A DNA stretch of 64,000 nucleotides from Candidatus Dojkabacteria bacterium (lineage in GTDB: Bacteria > Patescibacteriota > Dojkabacteria > J137): the NCBI GenBank assembly GCA_040006935.1, contig JBDTVZ010000001.1:103772-167771 (forward strand), in the 5' to 3' direction. Shown piece after piece: positions 25,820 to 33,877 of this stretch. The notes beneath the pieces were generated by a model. That model had not been told where the DNA came from and ran no database searches. It saw nothing but the letters and a program-made list of their open reading frames with translations. The translations under genes and the position numbers were made by a program. Every line of letters begins with the position of its first letter. The first letter of the stretch is position 1.

Positions 25820-27142
25820 ATGTCAGATTTAATTCCAGAATCTCAAAAAGTCTATATTAAAGACTTAGGTAAATTCGTAGACAAAGATGTTAAGTTAGAA
25901 GCTTGGGTGTATAACTCTCGATCTTCAGGAAAAATTGCATTTCTCCAATTAAGAGATGGGTCAGGTTTTACGCAAGGAATTGTAGAAAAAGCAAAAGTTG
26001 GCGATGAAATTTGGGAAAAAGCAGAAAAAGCTAGTATAGAATCATCTGTATTAATTTCTGGAAGAATTAGTAAGCATCCTAAAAAAGAAGAGTTCGAAAT
26101 CCAAGTTACAGATTTGGAAGTTATAAACTCAAGTTTCGAATACCCTATTGGAAATAAGGAACATGGTCCAGAATTTCTTTTCGAGAATAGAGATTTGTAT
26201 TTAAGATCAAAAACTCCTTGGGCAGTTTTAAGAATTAGAAATCAAGTATTTTTATCTATAACTAACTTCTTTAACGAAGAAGGATTTATCCGATTTGACA
26301 CTCCTATTCTACAAGCTACATCTGCAGAAGATACCTCTCAACTTTTTAGTATGAAGTATTACGAAGATAAAATGTATCTTACTCAATCAGGACAATTATA
26401 TGCAGAAGCTGGAATCATGGGGTTTGGAAAAGTTTACGATTTTGGACCAGTATTTAGAGCAGAAAAAAGTAAGACTAGAAACCATTTATCTGAGTTCTGG
26501 ATGATGGATGCAGAAATGGCATTTTACGAACAACAAATGAATGAGGATTTACAAGAAAGATTAGTGAAAAGAATTTTAAAAGATGCATTAGAAAACTGTA
26601 AAACAGAATTAGAAATTCTAGAAAGAAACACAGAAGTATTAAAAGCTTGTGTAGAAAAACCTTTTCAAAGAATAAAGCATTTTGCTGCTAAACAACTTTT
26701 AGAAAAAGAATATGGAATGACTGTTGATTATGCAGATGATATGACTACTGAAGAAGAAATTAAAATTGGAGATCACTTTGGAGTTCCAACATTTATAGAA
26801 GATTATCCATTCGAAGTAAAGGCTTTCTATATGAAAAGCATTATTGACGAAAGAGGAATGAAGAGAGCAAAATGTGCAGATTTAATTGCACCAGAAGAAG
26901 CGAGAGAAATTATTGGAGGAAGCCAAAGAGAAGATAGTTACGAAGTTTTATTAAACGAACTTAAACAAAGAAACTATCCTGTAGAAGAATACGAATGGTA
27001 TTTGAATGTTAGAAAGTACGGAGGAGTTCCTCACGCTGGATTTGGCATTGGATTAGAAAGAACAGTGAGATGGATTTCTGGAGTACATCATATCAGAGAA
27101 ACTATTCCGTTCCCGAGAACAACAATTTTGACACGACCATAG
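25820..27142 (+). CDS. asnS: asparagine--tRNA ligase
   Basis: OB-fold RSSGKIAFLQLRDGSG; YLTQSGQLY; FRAEKS; EIIGGSQRE; PHAGFGIGLER. Confidence 0.9.
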   Translation: MSDLIPESQKVYIKDLGKFVDKDVKLEAWVYNSRSSGKIAFLQLRDGSGFTQGIVEKAKVGDEIWEKAEKASIESSVLISGRISKHPKKEEFEIQVTDLEVINSSFEYPIGNKEHGPEFLFENRDLYLRSKTPWAVLRIRNQVFLSITNFFNEEGFIRFDTPILQATSAEDTSQLFSMKYYEDKMYLTQSGQLYAEAGIMGFGKVYDFGPVFRAEKSKTRNHLSEFWMMDAEMAFYEQQMNEDLQERLVKRILKDALENCKTELEILERNTEVLKACVEKPFQRIKHFAAKQLLEKEYGMTVDYADDMTTEEEIKIGDHFGVPTFIEDYPFEVKAFYMKSIIDERGMKRAKCADLIAPEEAREIIGGSQREDSYEVLLNELKQRNYPVEEYEWYLNVRKYGGVPHAGFGIGLERTVRWISGVHHIRETIPFPRTTILTRP

Positions 27143-27212
27143 ACCTCACCCGTCTCTCACTACGTTCGAGCCACCCTCTCCATCGAGGATGGAGAGGGGC
27201 TGGGGGTGAGGT
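27143..27212. repeat. DUF559-family palindrome with tails on both sides
   Basis: ACCTCACCC...CCCTCTCCATC-GAG-GATGGAGAGGG...GGGTGAGGT. Confidence 0.7.
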
Positions 27213-27231
27213 AATTATTATTAAAAATTTT

Positions 27232-28074
27232 ATGAAGATATCGATTCAAGGAAACCTCGGCTCCTATTCACACATCGCGGCCGAATCCATTTTCGGTAAA
27301 GAAATAGAATTAATCGAAAGATCCGAATTTACAGAAGTTTTTGAAGATTTAAAAACCAGCACTGCTGATTACATAGTTGTTCCAATTGAAAATTCAACTC
27401 ACGGTTCTGTTTACCAAAACTACGATAACATTAGTAAATTCGATTTCCCAATCATTGGTGAAGTGTATTTACGAATTAATTTTCATTTAATTGCTCACCC
27501 AGGAACAAATATAAAAGAGATAAAAACTCTTTATTCACATCCTGTTGGTTTAAATCAAATAAAAGAATTTTTAAAAGAAAACAAACAGATTAAAGCAATT
27601 GAATTTGATGATACTGCTGGAAGTGTGAAAATGATTAAGGAAAAAAATTTAAAAGATTCTGCCGCAGCAGCAAGTAAATTAGCAGCCCAGCTTTACGCAA
27701 TGGAAATTTTAGAAGAAAATATTCATGAAAACGAAAAAAACTTCACAAGATTTTTTGTACTTTCAAAAGATGGTAAACTTCCAAAAGAGTTAAAAGATAA
27801 TCGAAACGATAAAACATCTATTCAATTCTTGCTAGGTGATGAACCGGGTTCATTATACAAAGCTTTAAGAACTTTTGCAGATAGAGATATTGCTTTAACA
27901 AAAATTGAAAGTAGGCCAATTTTACATACAGATTGGGAATATAGATTTTATGTAGATGTAACGGCGGGAATTCAAGAAGATAAAATGAAAAATGCATTAT
28001 TTGAATTGAAAAGTTATGTAAAAGAATTTAAGATTTTGGGAAGTTATAAAAAAGGGGAATATATTGAAACTTAA
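27232..28074 (+). CDS. pheA: prephenate dehydratase with ACT domain
   Basis: Start reassigned to ATG 27232 (MKISIQG.LGSYS); VPIENST.GSV, NFTRF, LTKIESRP. Confidence 0.92.
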   Translation: MKISIQGNLGSYSHIAAESIFGKEIELIERSEFTEVFEDLKTSTADYIVVPIENSTHGSVYQNYDNISKFDFPIIGEVYLRINFHLIAHPGTNIKEIKTLYSHPVGLNQIKEFLKENKQIKAIEFDDTAGSVKMIKEKNLKDSAAAASKLAAQLYAMEILEENIHENEKNFTRFFVLSKDGKLPKELKDNRNDKTSIQFLLGDEPGSLYKALRTFADRDIALTKIESRPILHTDWEYRFYVDVTAGIQEDKMKNALFELKSYVKEFKILGSYKKGEYIET

Positions 28075-28121
28075 CTTTAAATTAAAATAATTAGTATAAT
28101 AAAACCAATTAGATTAAATTA

Positions 28122-29546
28122 ATGAATCATTTAGAAATACCACAAATTACAAATATATCTGAAACAATAGCCAAAATTAAAACTGGAGAAATTTCAGTTT
28201 TAGCCTTAGTACAAGAACACTTAAAAAGAGCTCATGAAGTGCATGATGCAACAAACTCATTCATCACAATCTTAGATGAACAGGCATTAGCAAGAGCTAA
28301 AGAACTTGAAGTAGAAATTCAAAATTCGAAAATCGAAAATCGAAAATTACTTGGCATTCCCTTCACAGTCAAAGATCTTTATCTTGTTGAAGGAACTCGA
28401 ACAACTTTCGCATCCAAATTAATGGAAGATTTTATCGCACCTTATACCTCAACTATTGTTCAAAAATGTTTAGACGAAGGAGCAATTTTAATTGGGAAAT
28501 GTAACTGTGATCCTTGGGGATTCGGAGGAAGTGGAGAAAATTCTGGTTATGGACCAACAAAACATCCATTAGATTTTACAAAAACACCTGGAGGTTCAAG
28601 TTCAGGTTCTGCTGGAAGTTTATTAGCTGGAGTTGGATTTTTCTCATTAGGAACAGACACTGGAGGTTCAGTTAGATTACCTGCATCTTTTTGTGGACTT
28701 TATGGACTAAAACCAACTTATGGAAGAAACTCTAGATATGGAATAGGAGCAATGGGTTCTTCATTTGATACACCGGGATTTTTTACTAGAAATGTAGAAG
28801 ACATGGAATTAGTAGAAGAAATTATTGCTGGAAAAGATATTAACGATGCTACTACTGATGAGATTCCATACTACTCAAAACTTGAAACTAAAAACTCAAA
28901 ACTGACCATTGGAATTCCAAAAGAATATTATGAAGAAGGTTTAAGTCCTGAAATAAAATCTGCAATAGATAAAAAAATTGAAGAATTAAAATCTATGGGA
29001 CACGAAATTAAAGAAGTTTCTATCCCAAGTACAAAATATGCATTACCTGTTTATTATGTTTTGGTTCCTTCCGAAATTTCCTCAAACAGAGCGAGGTACG
29101 ATGGAGTTAGATTTGGTAAAAAAGTAGCAGATAATTATGAAGAAAACTTAATTCAATCCAGAAGTAAATATTTAGAAGATGAAGTAAAAAGAAGAATTAT
29201 GATTGGTACATATTCTTTAAGTAAGGGATACGCAGATCAATTTTATAAACAAGCAAGCAAAGTACGAACAAAATTAAAAAGAGAATTTGATAAAGTGTTT
29301 GAAGAAGTAGATGTATTAATAACTCCAGTTTCCCCTACAACCGCTTTTAAACTTGGCGAGAAATCACAAGATCCTGTTAAAATGTATCTTGTAGATATTT
29401 ATACTGTTACAGCAAATCTAGTGGGAGTTCCATCCTTAGCTGTTCCTATCGGGAAAGATTCTGAAGGCATGCCAATCGGAATGCAAATTACAGGTAAAAA
29501 ATGGGAAGAAGTAGAACTTTTCGGCTTAGCAAAAGAGATTGCTTGA
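28122..29546 (+). CDS. gatA: Asp/Glu-tRNA amidotransferase subunit A
   Basis: KD...PGGSSSGSA...GTDTGGSVRLPA; SSNRARYDGVRFG; EVKRRIMIGTY. Confidence 0.93.
   Translation: MNHLEIPQITNISETIAKIKTGEISVLALVQEHLKRAHEVHDATNSFITILDEQALARAKELEVEIQNSKIENRKLLGIPFTVKDLYLVEGTRTTFASKLMEDFIAPYTSTIVQKCLDEGAILIGKCNCDPWGFGGSGENSGYGPTKHPLDFTKTPGGSSSGSAGSLLAGVGFFSLGTDTGGSVRLPASFCGLYGLKPTYGRNSRYGIGAMGSSFDTPGFFTRNVEDMELVEEIIAGKDINDATTDEIPYYSKLETKNSKLTIGIPKEYYEEGLSPEIKSAIDKKIEELKSMGHEIKEVSIPSTKYALPVYYVLVPSEISSNRARYDGVRFGKKVADNYEENLIQSRSKYLEDEVKRRIMIGTYSLSKGYADQFYKQASKVRTKLKREFDKVFEEVDVLITPVSPTTAFKLGEKSQDPVKMYLVDIYTVTANLVGVPSLAVPIGKDSEGMPIGMQITGKKWEEVELFGLAKEIA
28314..28348. repeat. heptamer array in gatA (a second array at 28873-28903)
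   Basis: GAAATTC AAAATTC GAAAATC GAAAATC GAAAATT; ACTCAAA ACTTGAA ACTAAAA ACTCAAA. Confidence 0.75.
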
Positions 29547-29556
29547 TCCACTCCAA

Positions 29557-29585
29557 TTGACAACACCTGTGAATTCAATTATTCT
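29557..29585 (+). promoter_or_regulatory. sigma70-type promoter
   Basis: TTGACA-17 nt-TATTCT upstream of the 29650 ORF. Confidence 0.45.
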
Positions 29586-29649
29586 ATATACGTACTATCT
29601 TTACCTATTCATTCGATAACTGTAAAGCACTAACAGATGTCGATAACTA

Positions 29650-30396
29650 ATGGAAATTGGACGCGTAGCAAGACAAAGTAAAATTAAAATAATTAAGGCT
29701 AATTTATCTAAGCCTATTTTATTATTAAAAAGTTACAGAAGTACCAAATTAAAGAAATTGATAATGGTATTGGTAGTTTTCATCTTTTCTTTTTTCAGTT
29801 TAGTAAATATTAAAGGGGTGGTGCAAAATTCCGTAAGTAATTATTATGTAAATGCAGACTCTGCAACCCAAAACCAAGACATTAAACCTCCAGTAATATC
29901 AACAGATGTATCACAAAGTAAGATTTCCGATGCTTTTAGTTCAAATTCGAATGCTACATATATAGATAAACGGGCATATGTTTTAGATAGGTATCTACAA
30001 AGTAATAATTCCCCTCTAGCAGGTTATGGTCAGGTATTTGTTGATTCATGTACAAAATATGGTGCACCTAAAGAGTGTATAACTGTGGTTGCAATAGCCT
30101 ATAATGAAACTCATTTGTGTAAATATCCAGGCTCCGCAGAAATGTTCAATTGTTGGGGTTTTGGAGGTGGTGGTGAAAACAGAATAGCATTTAGTTCCTT
30201 TAATGAATCAATCGATCAGGTTACTAAAATATTAGCAATTCAATATGGATACAAATATATGGAAGATCCAAGTTTAATGGAAGGTACTTTTTGTGGAAAC
30301 GAAGAGGGATGCACAGGTTGGGGAAATAAAATAAAATATTTTATGAAAGATATCCGTAATTACGCTGCTAGCTTAGGTGTTAATATGGCAAATTAA
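29650..30396 (+). CDS. membrane-anchored lysozyme-fold (glucosaminidase-like) protein
   Basis: TM, then NSPL...FV...YG...VVAIAYNET...NCWGFG. Confidence 0.6.
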   Translation: MEIGRVARQSKIKIIKANLSKPILLLKSYRSTKLKKLIMVLVVFIFSFFSLVNIKGVVQNSVSNYYVNADSATQNQDIKPPVISTDVSQSKISDAFSSNSNATYIDKRAYVLDRYLQSNNSPLAGYGQVFVDSCTKYGAPKECITVVAIAYNETHLCKYPGSAEMFNCWGFGGGGENRIAFSSFNESIDQVTKILAIQYGYKYMEDPSLMEGTFCGNEEGCTGWGNKIKYFMKDIRNYAASLGVNMAN

Positions 30397-30867
30397 ATGA
30401 ATTTATTAAATATCAAAGAAAATGCTAACCCCCCTGACGACTCTTTTCTGAAGTCGGTATCCAATTACGGTGAAACATCAGGCACTCAATGGAATGGTCA
30501 TAATTTAGTACATAGATATTTAGAAGATAGATTAGGTAATAATACATTCACAATAACTGGATATATCTCATTATATAAAATTTTAAAATCACCCGAAAAG
30601 AGGAGTGATGCTTTAAAATTAATTAAAGATAATGCTCAGATTTTACAGAATTTTCTAATTAGTCTGCCTATAACTATTTTCAGTGAGGAAGATCAAGAAA
30701 CAATAATAGAATTAAAAAATGAATACCTTGAAATATTATTTGTAATTTTACAAATGGACGAAGAAGGTTTATTAACCTACGAGCAGGATATACCAGAAAG
30801 ATTAGAGTGGATAAAGGGAAGAATCTTAGGTACTGAAAACATATACTACGAACAAGATAATTTTTAA
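30397..30867 (+). CDS. hypothetical protein
   Basis: 156-aa ORF abutting the previous stop. Confidence 0.6.
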   Translation: MNLLNIKENANPPDDSFLKSVSNYGETSGTQWNGHNLVHRYLEDRLGNNTFTITGYISLYKILKSPEKRSDALKLIKDNAQILQNFLISLPITIFSEEDQETIIELKNEYLEILFVILQMDEEGLLTYEQDIPERLEWIKGRILGTENIYYEQDNF

Positions 30868-30884
30868 ATCTTAAGAAAAACTTT

Positions 30885-31310
30885 ATGTCAAAATCTGAGA
30901 TGGCTAACAATCAAAACTACGATTTTGATTCAGAATATAATATTTATATAAATGGAAGAGGGAAAAATCGTGCTAATATGCAGGGATTTTTAGAGGACGT
31001 TATTGCGAATAAATTGGTAAAATTCTCTAAGGTAAATTTTATTGTATCTGGTATGCCTGCTTATACGAATGATTTACCTAAGTTATTACAGGGTTCTTGT
31101 GAGTTTCTTTTAAATTTCTTCCAATTGGTTCCAGGTCAATATATTTCTGAAGACGCAAAAAATTTACTAATTGAAAAAACTCAGAAACTTTTAAATTTAT
31201 CAACAGTTACAAACGAACAAACAACCATAGAGGAATGGGGAGAGATAGATCTACTTGCAAAAGAATTAACAAGTTTTTTCAGAGATGTAATTAAAGATAT
31301 GCAGAATTAA
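30885..31310 (+). CDS. hypothetical protein, weakly similar to the upstream ORF
   Basis: LNFFQLVP...ISEDAKNLLIE vs QNFLISLP...FSEEDQETIIE. Confidence 0.6.
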   Translation: MSKSEMANNQNYDFDSEYNIYINGRGKNRANMQGFLEDVIANKLVKFSKVNFIVSGMPAYTNDLPKLLQGSCEFLLNFFQLVPGQYISEDAKNLLIEKTQKLLNLSTVTNEQTTIEEWGEIDLLAKELTSFFRDVIKDMQN

Positions 31311-32626
31311 ACCACTCTCTTCATATTCTTATTACTGTAAATATTTTCGAAGCCAAGCCTCTTGGATTCTTTAATACGTTTATCCTCCAAGAATATTTTT
31401 CTCACTTCTCCAGTTAATCCAACTTCTCCAAAAAATATTGAAGTTTTTGGAATTATTTCGTTTTTAATTGAAGATATTACTGCTTTAATTACAGCTAAAT
31501 CCAAGCCGGAGTCATTTACTTTTATTCCTCCAGTTATATTTACATAAACGTCTAATTCGCCAGTATTTAATTTTAATTTCTTTTCTATTATTGCAAGGAT
31601 TATAAATAATCTATTTAAGTCAAATCCCGATGTTGTTCTTCGAGGATTACTGAAGTAGGATCTGGATGCCAAAGCTTGAACTTCAACTACAACTGGTCTT
31701 GTTCCTTCCATTACCATAGAATAGACAGATCCTGGTGCATCAGATTTATTGGGATCAAAAAGTTCTTTAGTATCCTTTACTTCTGTTAAGCCTTTCTCAC
31801 TCATTCTAAATAAACCAACTTCATCAGTTGGCCCATATCTATTTTTTTCAACTCTTAAAATTCTAAACTCCATCCTTTTATCTCCTTCGAAATAAATTAC
31901 AGTATCCACCATATGTTCTAAAACTTTCGGACCTGCAATATCACCTGCTTTCGTAATATGTCCAATTATAAAAGTTGTAATGCCAAAACCTTTGGCTAAA
32001 TTTGTAATTCTATTTGTACTTTCACTTATTTGAGAAACAGATCCGGATGTAGAAGGTAGGTTGGGATCGTACATCGTTTGAATTGAATCCACAAACATCA
32101 CATCCACTTTATCTAAATTAGAAGCAACATAGCTCTCAACTTCTGCCATGTTGGTTTCTGGAAGAAACGAGACATTTTCATGTTTTAATCCCAGTCTTTT
32201 AACTCTGTGTGCAATTTGATCCGGAGATTCTTCACCACAAATATAAAGTACGTTCAAACCTTTTTGAGAAAAAGCTTCGGTAATTTGTGCAGAAAGAGTA
32301 CTTTTTCCAACTCCAGGTGCTCCTGAAAGGAGTAATACTTGACCCGAAACTAATCTTCCTCCAAGTGCATTATCGAATTCGTGGATACCAGTTACTAGTT
32401 GCCTGTTGCTAGTTCCCTGTTTTTTATCTGAAGATTCTTTACCTAAATCAATAAACCTAATGGGCTTTATACTATTGGAGATACCTGTCTTCCCCTTCCC
32501 CTTACTCTTACCTTTACCCTGAAACCCGGAACTAGCAACCTCAGTAATAGTCCCCCATTGACCACAGCTATCGCAGCGGCCTTGCCATTTAGAATAAGTT
32601 TTTTGACAATTGGAGCAAACAAACAT
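31307..32626 (-). CDS. radA: DNA repair protein RadA/Sms
   Basis: C4 zinc finger, GAPGVGKST, KNRYG, Lon-like GEVGLTGE. Confidence 0.96.
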   Translation of the reverse strand: MFVCSNCQKTYSKWQGRCDSCGQWGTITEVASSGFQGKGKSKGKGKTGISNSIKPIRFIDLGKESSDKKQGTSNRQLVTGIHEFDNALGGRLVSGQVLLLSGAPGVGKSTLSAQITEAFSQKGLNVLYICGEESPDQIAHRVKRLGLKHENVSFLPETNMAEVESYVASNLDKVDVMFVDSIQTMYDPNLPSTSGSVSQISESTNRITNLAKGFGITTFIIGHITKAGDIAGPKVLEHMVDTVIYFEGDKRMEFRILRVEKNRYGPTDEVGLFRMSEKGLTEVKDTKELFDPNKSDAPGSVYSMVMEGTRPVVVEVQALASRSYFSNPRRTTSGFDLNRLFIILAIIEKKLKLNTGELDVYVNITGGIKVNDSGLDLAVIKAVISSIKNEIIPKTSIFFGEVGLTGEVRKIFLEDKRIKESKRLGFENIYSNKNMKRVV

Positions 32627-32662
32627 ACTGCAGTTATATCACAAATTTGATAATTTGACTTT

Positions 32663-33256
32663 CTATATTCTATCGAGAGACGAATTTTTACTTAATTTTG
32701 TAATCAGAAGGAAAGCTGCCAAAGAGCCTCCAATATTCATAATCAAATCTTTAATAGTATCTTGGTAAACGTAAGCAGAAGATGAACCCATGGACAACCT
32801 AATAAAATATTCCACAATCTCATTAGCTAAACCTACAAAGTTAATGATAGAAATAAAAGTTATAAAAAAGAAAATGCGAGACTGAGAGTTTCTAAATTCT
32901 TTCTCTAGTAAAAAATATGCAATTACTCCAAAGCTAAATGCCCAGGAAAAGTGTTCAACTCTGTTAAGAGTGTCGTACGAGTTAGGGATAATATTAAGGT
33001 AGTAGATAGCCTTTATTGAAAATTCAAATAAGGGATAAGCTAACATTATAAGTATAGAGAAATTTTTTCTAATATCAAAAGTTTTCTTTTTCAACACAAA
33101 GTAAGTGAGCAGAAGCCAAAGTGAGGATAAAGCTAACCATTGTTTAGAAATAAAGATAGAGGGAATTAATAGCAGTAAGTAAATCAAAACGGCTAGCACT
33201 AAGATTTTTTTATTTGTAATTTTATTCATAATTGTTAAGTGTGAGGTAGGGTACAA
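32663..33256 (-). CDS. multi-pass membrane protein (DUF2238/VanZ-like)
   Basis: TM helices with H...NEIVEY...DTIKDLIMN. Confidence 0.5.
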   Translation of the reverse strand: MYPTSHLTIMNKITNKKILVLAVLIYLLLLIPSIFISKQWLALSSLWLLLTYFVLKKKTFDIRKNFSILIMLAYPLFEFSIKAIYYLNIIPNSYDTLNRVEHFSWAFSFGVIAYFLLEKEFRNSQSRIFFFITFISIINFVGLANEIVEYFIRLSMGSSSAYVYQDTIKDLIMNIGGSLAAFLLITKLSKNSSLDRI

Positions 33257-33330
33257 AAACCTGGTAAGTACTATTACAAAGCATAATTTACTGGTAAAAT
33301 CAGTGCATGCTTAATTTTTAAAAGCAAAAT

Positions 33331-33513
33331 ATGGGAAAGGTCGTAATTGGTATAATTGTGGGAATTTTAGTTACACTATGCGTTTGTTCAATGTGCTGCC
33401 TTATGACTTTTGCACTTTTAGCATCTAACGCTGATTTTAGAAGTAGATACTGTGGTGATTATCGTGGAAATCTAAGAAGTACAACGCCTCTTGGTTTGGG
33501 TTGGTGTAAGTAA
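33331..33513 (+). CDS. small Cys-rich membrane protein (paralog 1)
   Basis: TM with CVCSMCC; FRSRYC; C-terminal GWCK; has a paralog next door. Confidence 0.75.
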   Translation: MGKVVIGIIVGILVTLCVCSMCCLMTFALLASNADFRSRYCGDYRGNLRSTTPLGLGWCK

Positions 33514-33601
33514 AGAAATCTTAGGAGTAGGCGAGTTTTAGATTTTCATAGTCCTGAACGAAGTGCAAGACTTAAATAATCTTAAATATTAAAGAAATCT
33601 T

Positions 33602-33784
33602 ATGATGAAAGTTGGACTTGGAGTTATAGTAGGAGGATTACTTCTAGTATTTCTATGCTTATGCTGCTGCTGCATGAGTATCTTGTTTTTATCTAGAGAT
33701 ACAAGCTTTAGAACTAGTTATTGCACAAGTTATATTAAACAAGGTGGAAAATTAAGTAACGAACCTTTCGGGTGGTGCAGGTAG
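33602..33784 (+). CDS. small Cys-rich membrane protein (paralog 2)
   Basis: TM with CLCCCC; FRTSYC; C-terminal GWCR. Confidence 0.75.
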   Translation: MMKVGLGVIVGGLLLVFLCLCCCCMSILFLSRDTSFRTSYCTSYIKQGGKLSNEPFGWCR

Positions 33785-33800
33785 TGTGCTAATTTTAAGT

Positions 33801-33871
33801 AGATTAAAATTAAGAATTAAGAATTAATAGAAGAATCCCAACTATTAATTTTTAATTTATAATTCTTAATT
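33801..33871. repeat. inverted heptamer arrays upstream of leuS
   Basis: AATTAAG AATTAAG AATTAAT ... ATTAATT TTTAATT TATAATT CTTAATT. Confidence 0.6.
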
Positions 33872-33877
33872 GACATT

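Noticed and set aside
27070-27231. N-terminal extension of PheA in the ORF track
   Set aside because: It overlaps the asnS end and reads through a palindromic repeat; family similarity starts at ATG 27232.
32490-32520. Hexamer repeat in radA (GKGKSKGKGK)
   Set aside because: Explained by a low-complexity G/K linker; the period is codon-compatible.
33514-33877. T-box upstream of leuS (also checked upstream of asnS)
   Set aside because: No TGGNACC bulge or terminator/antiterminator pair found.
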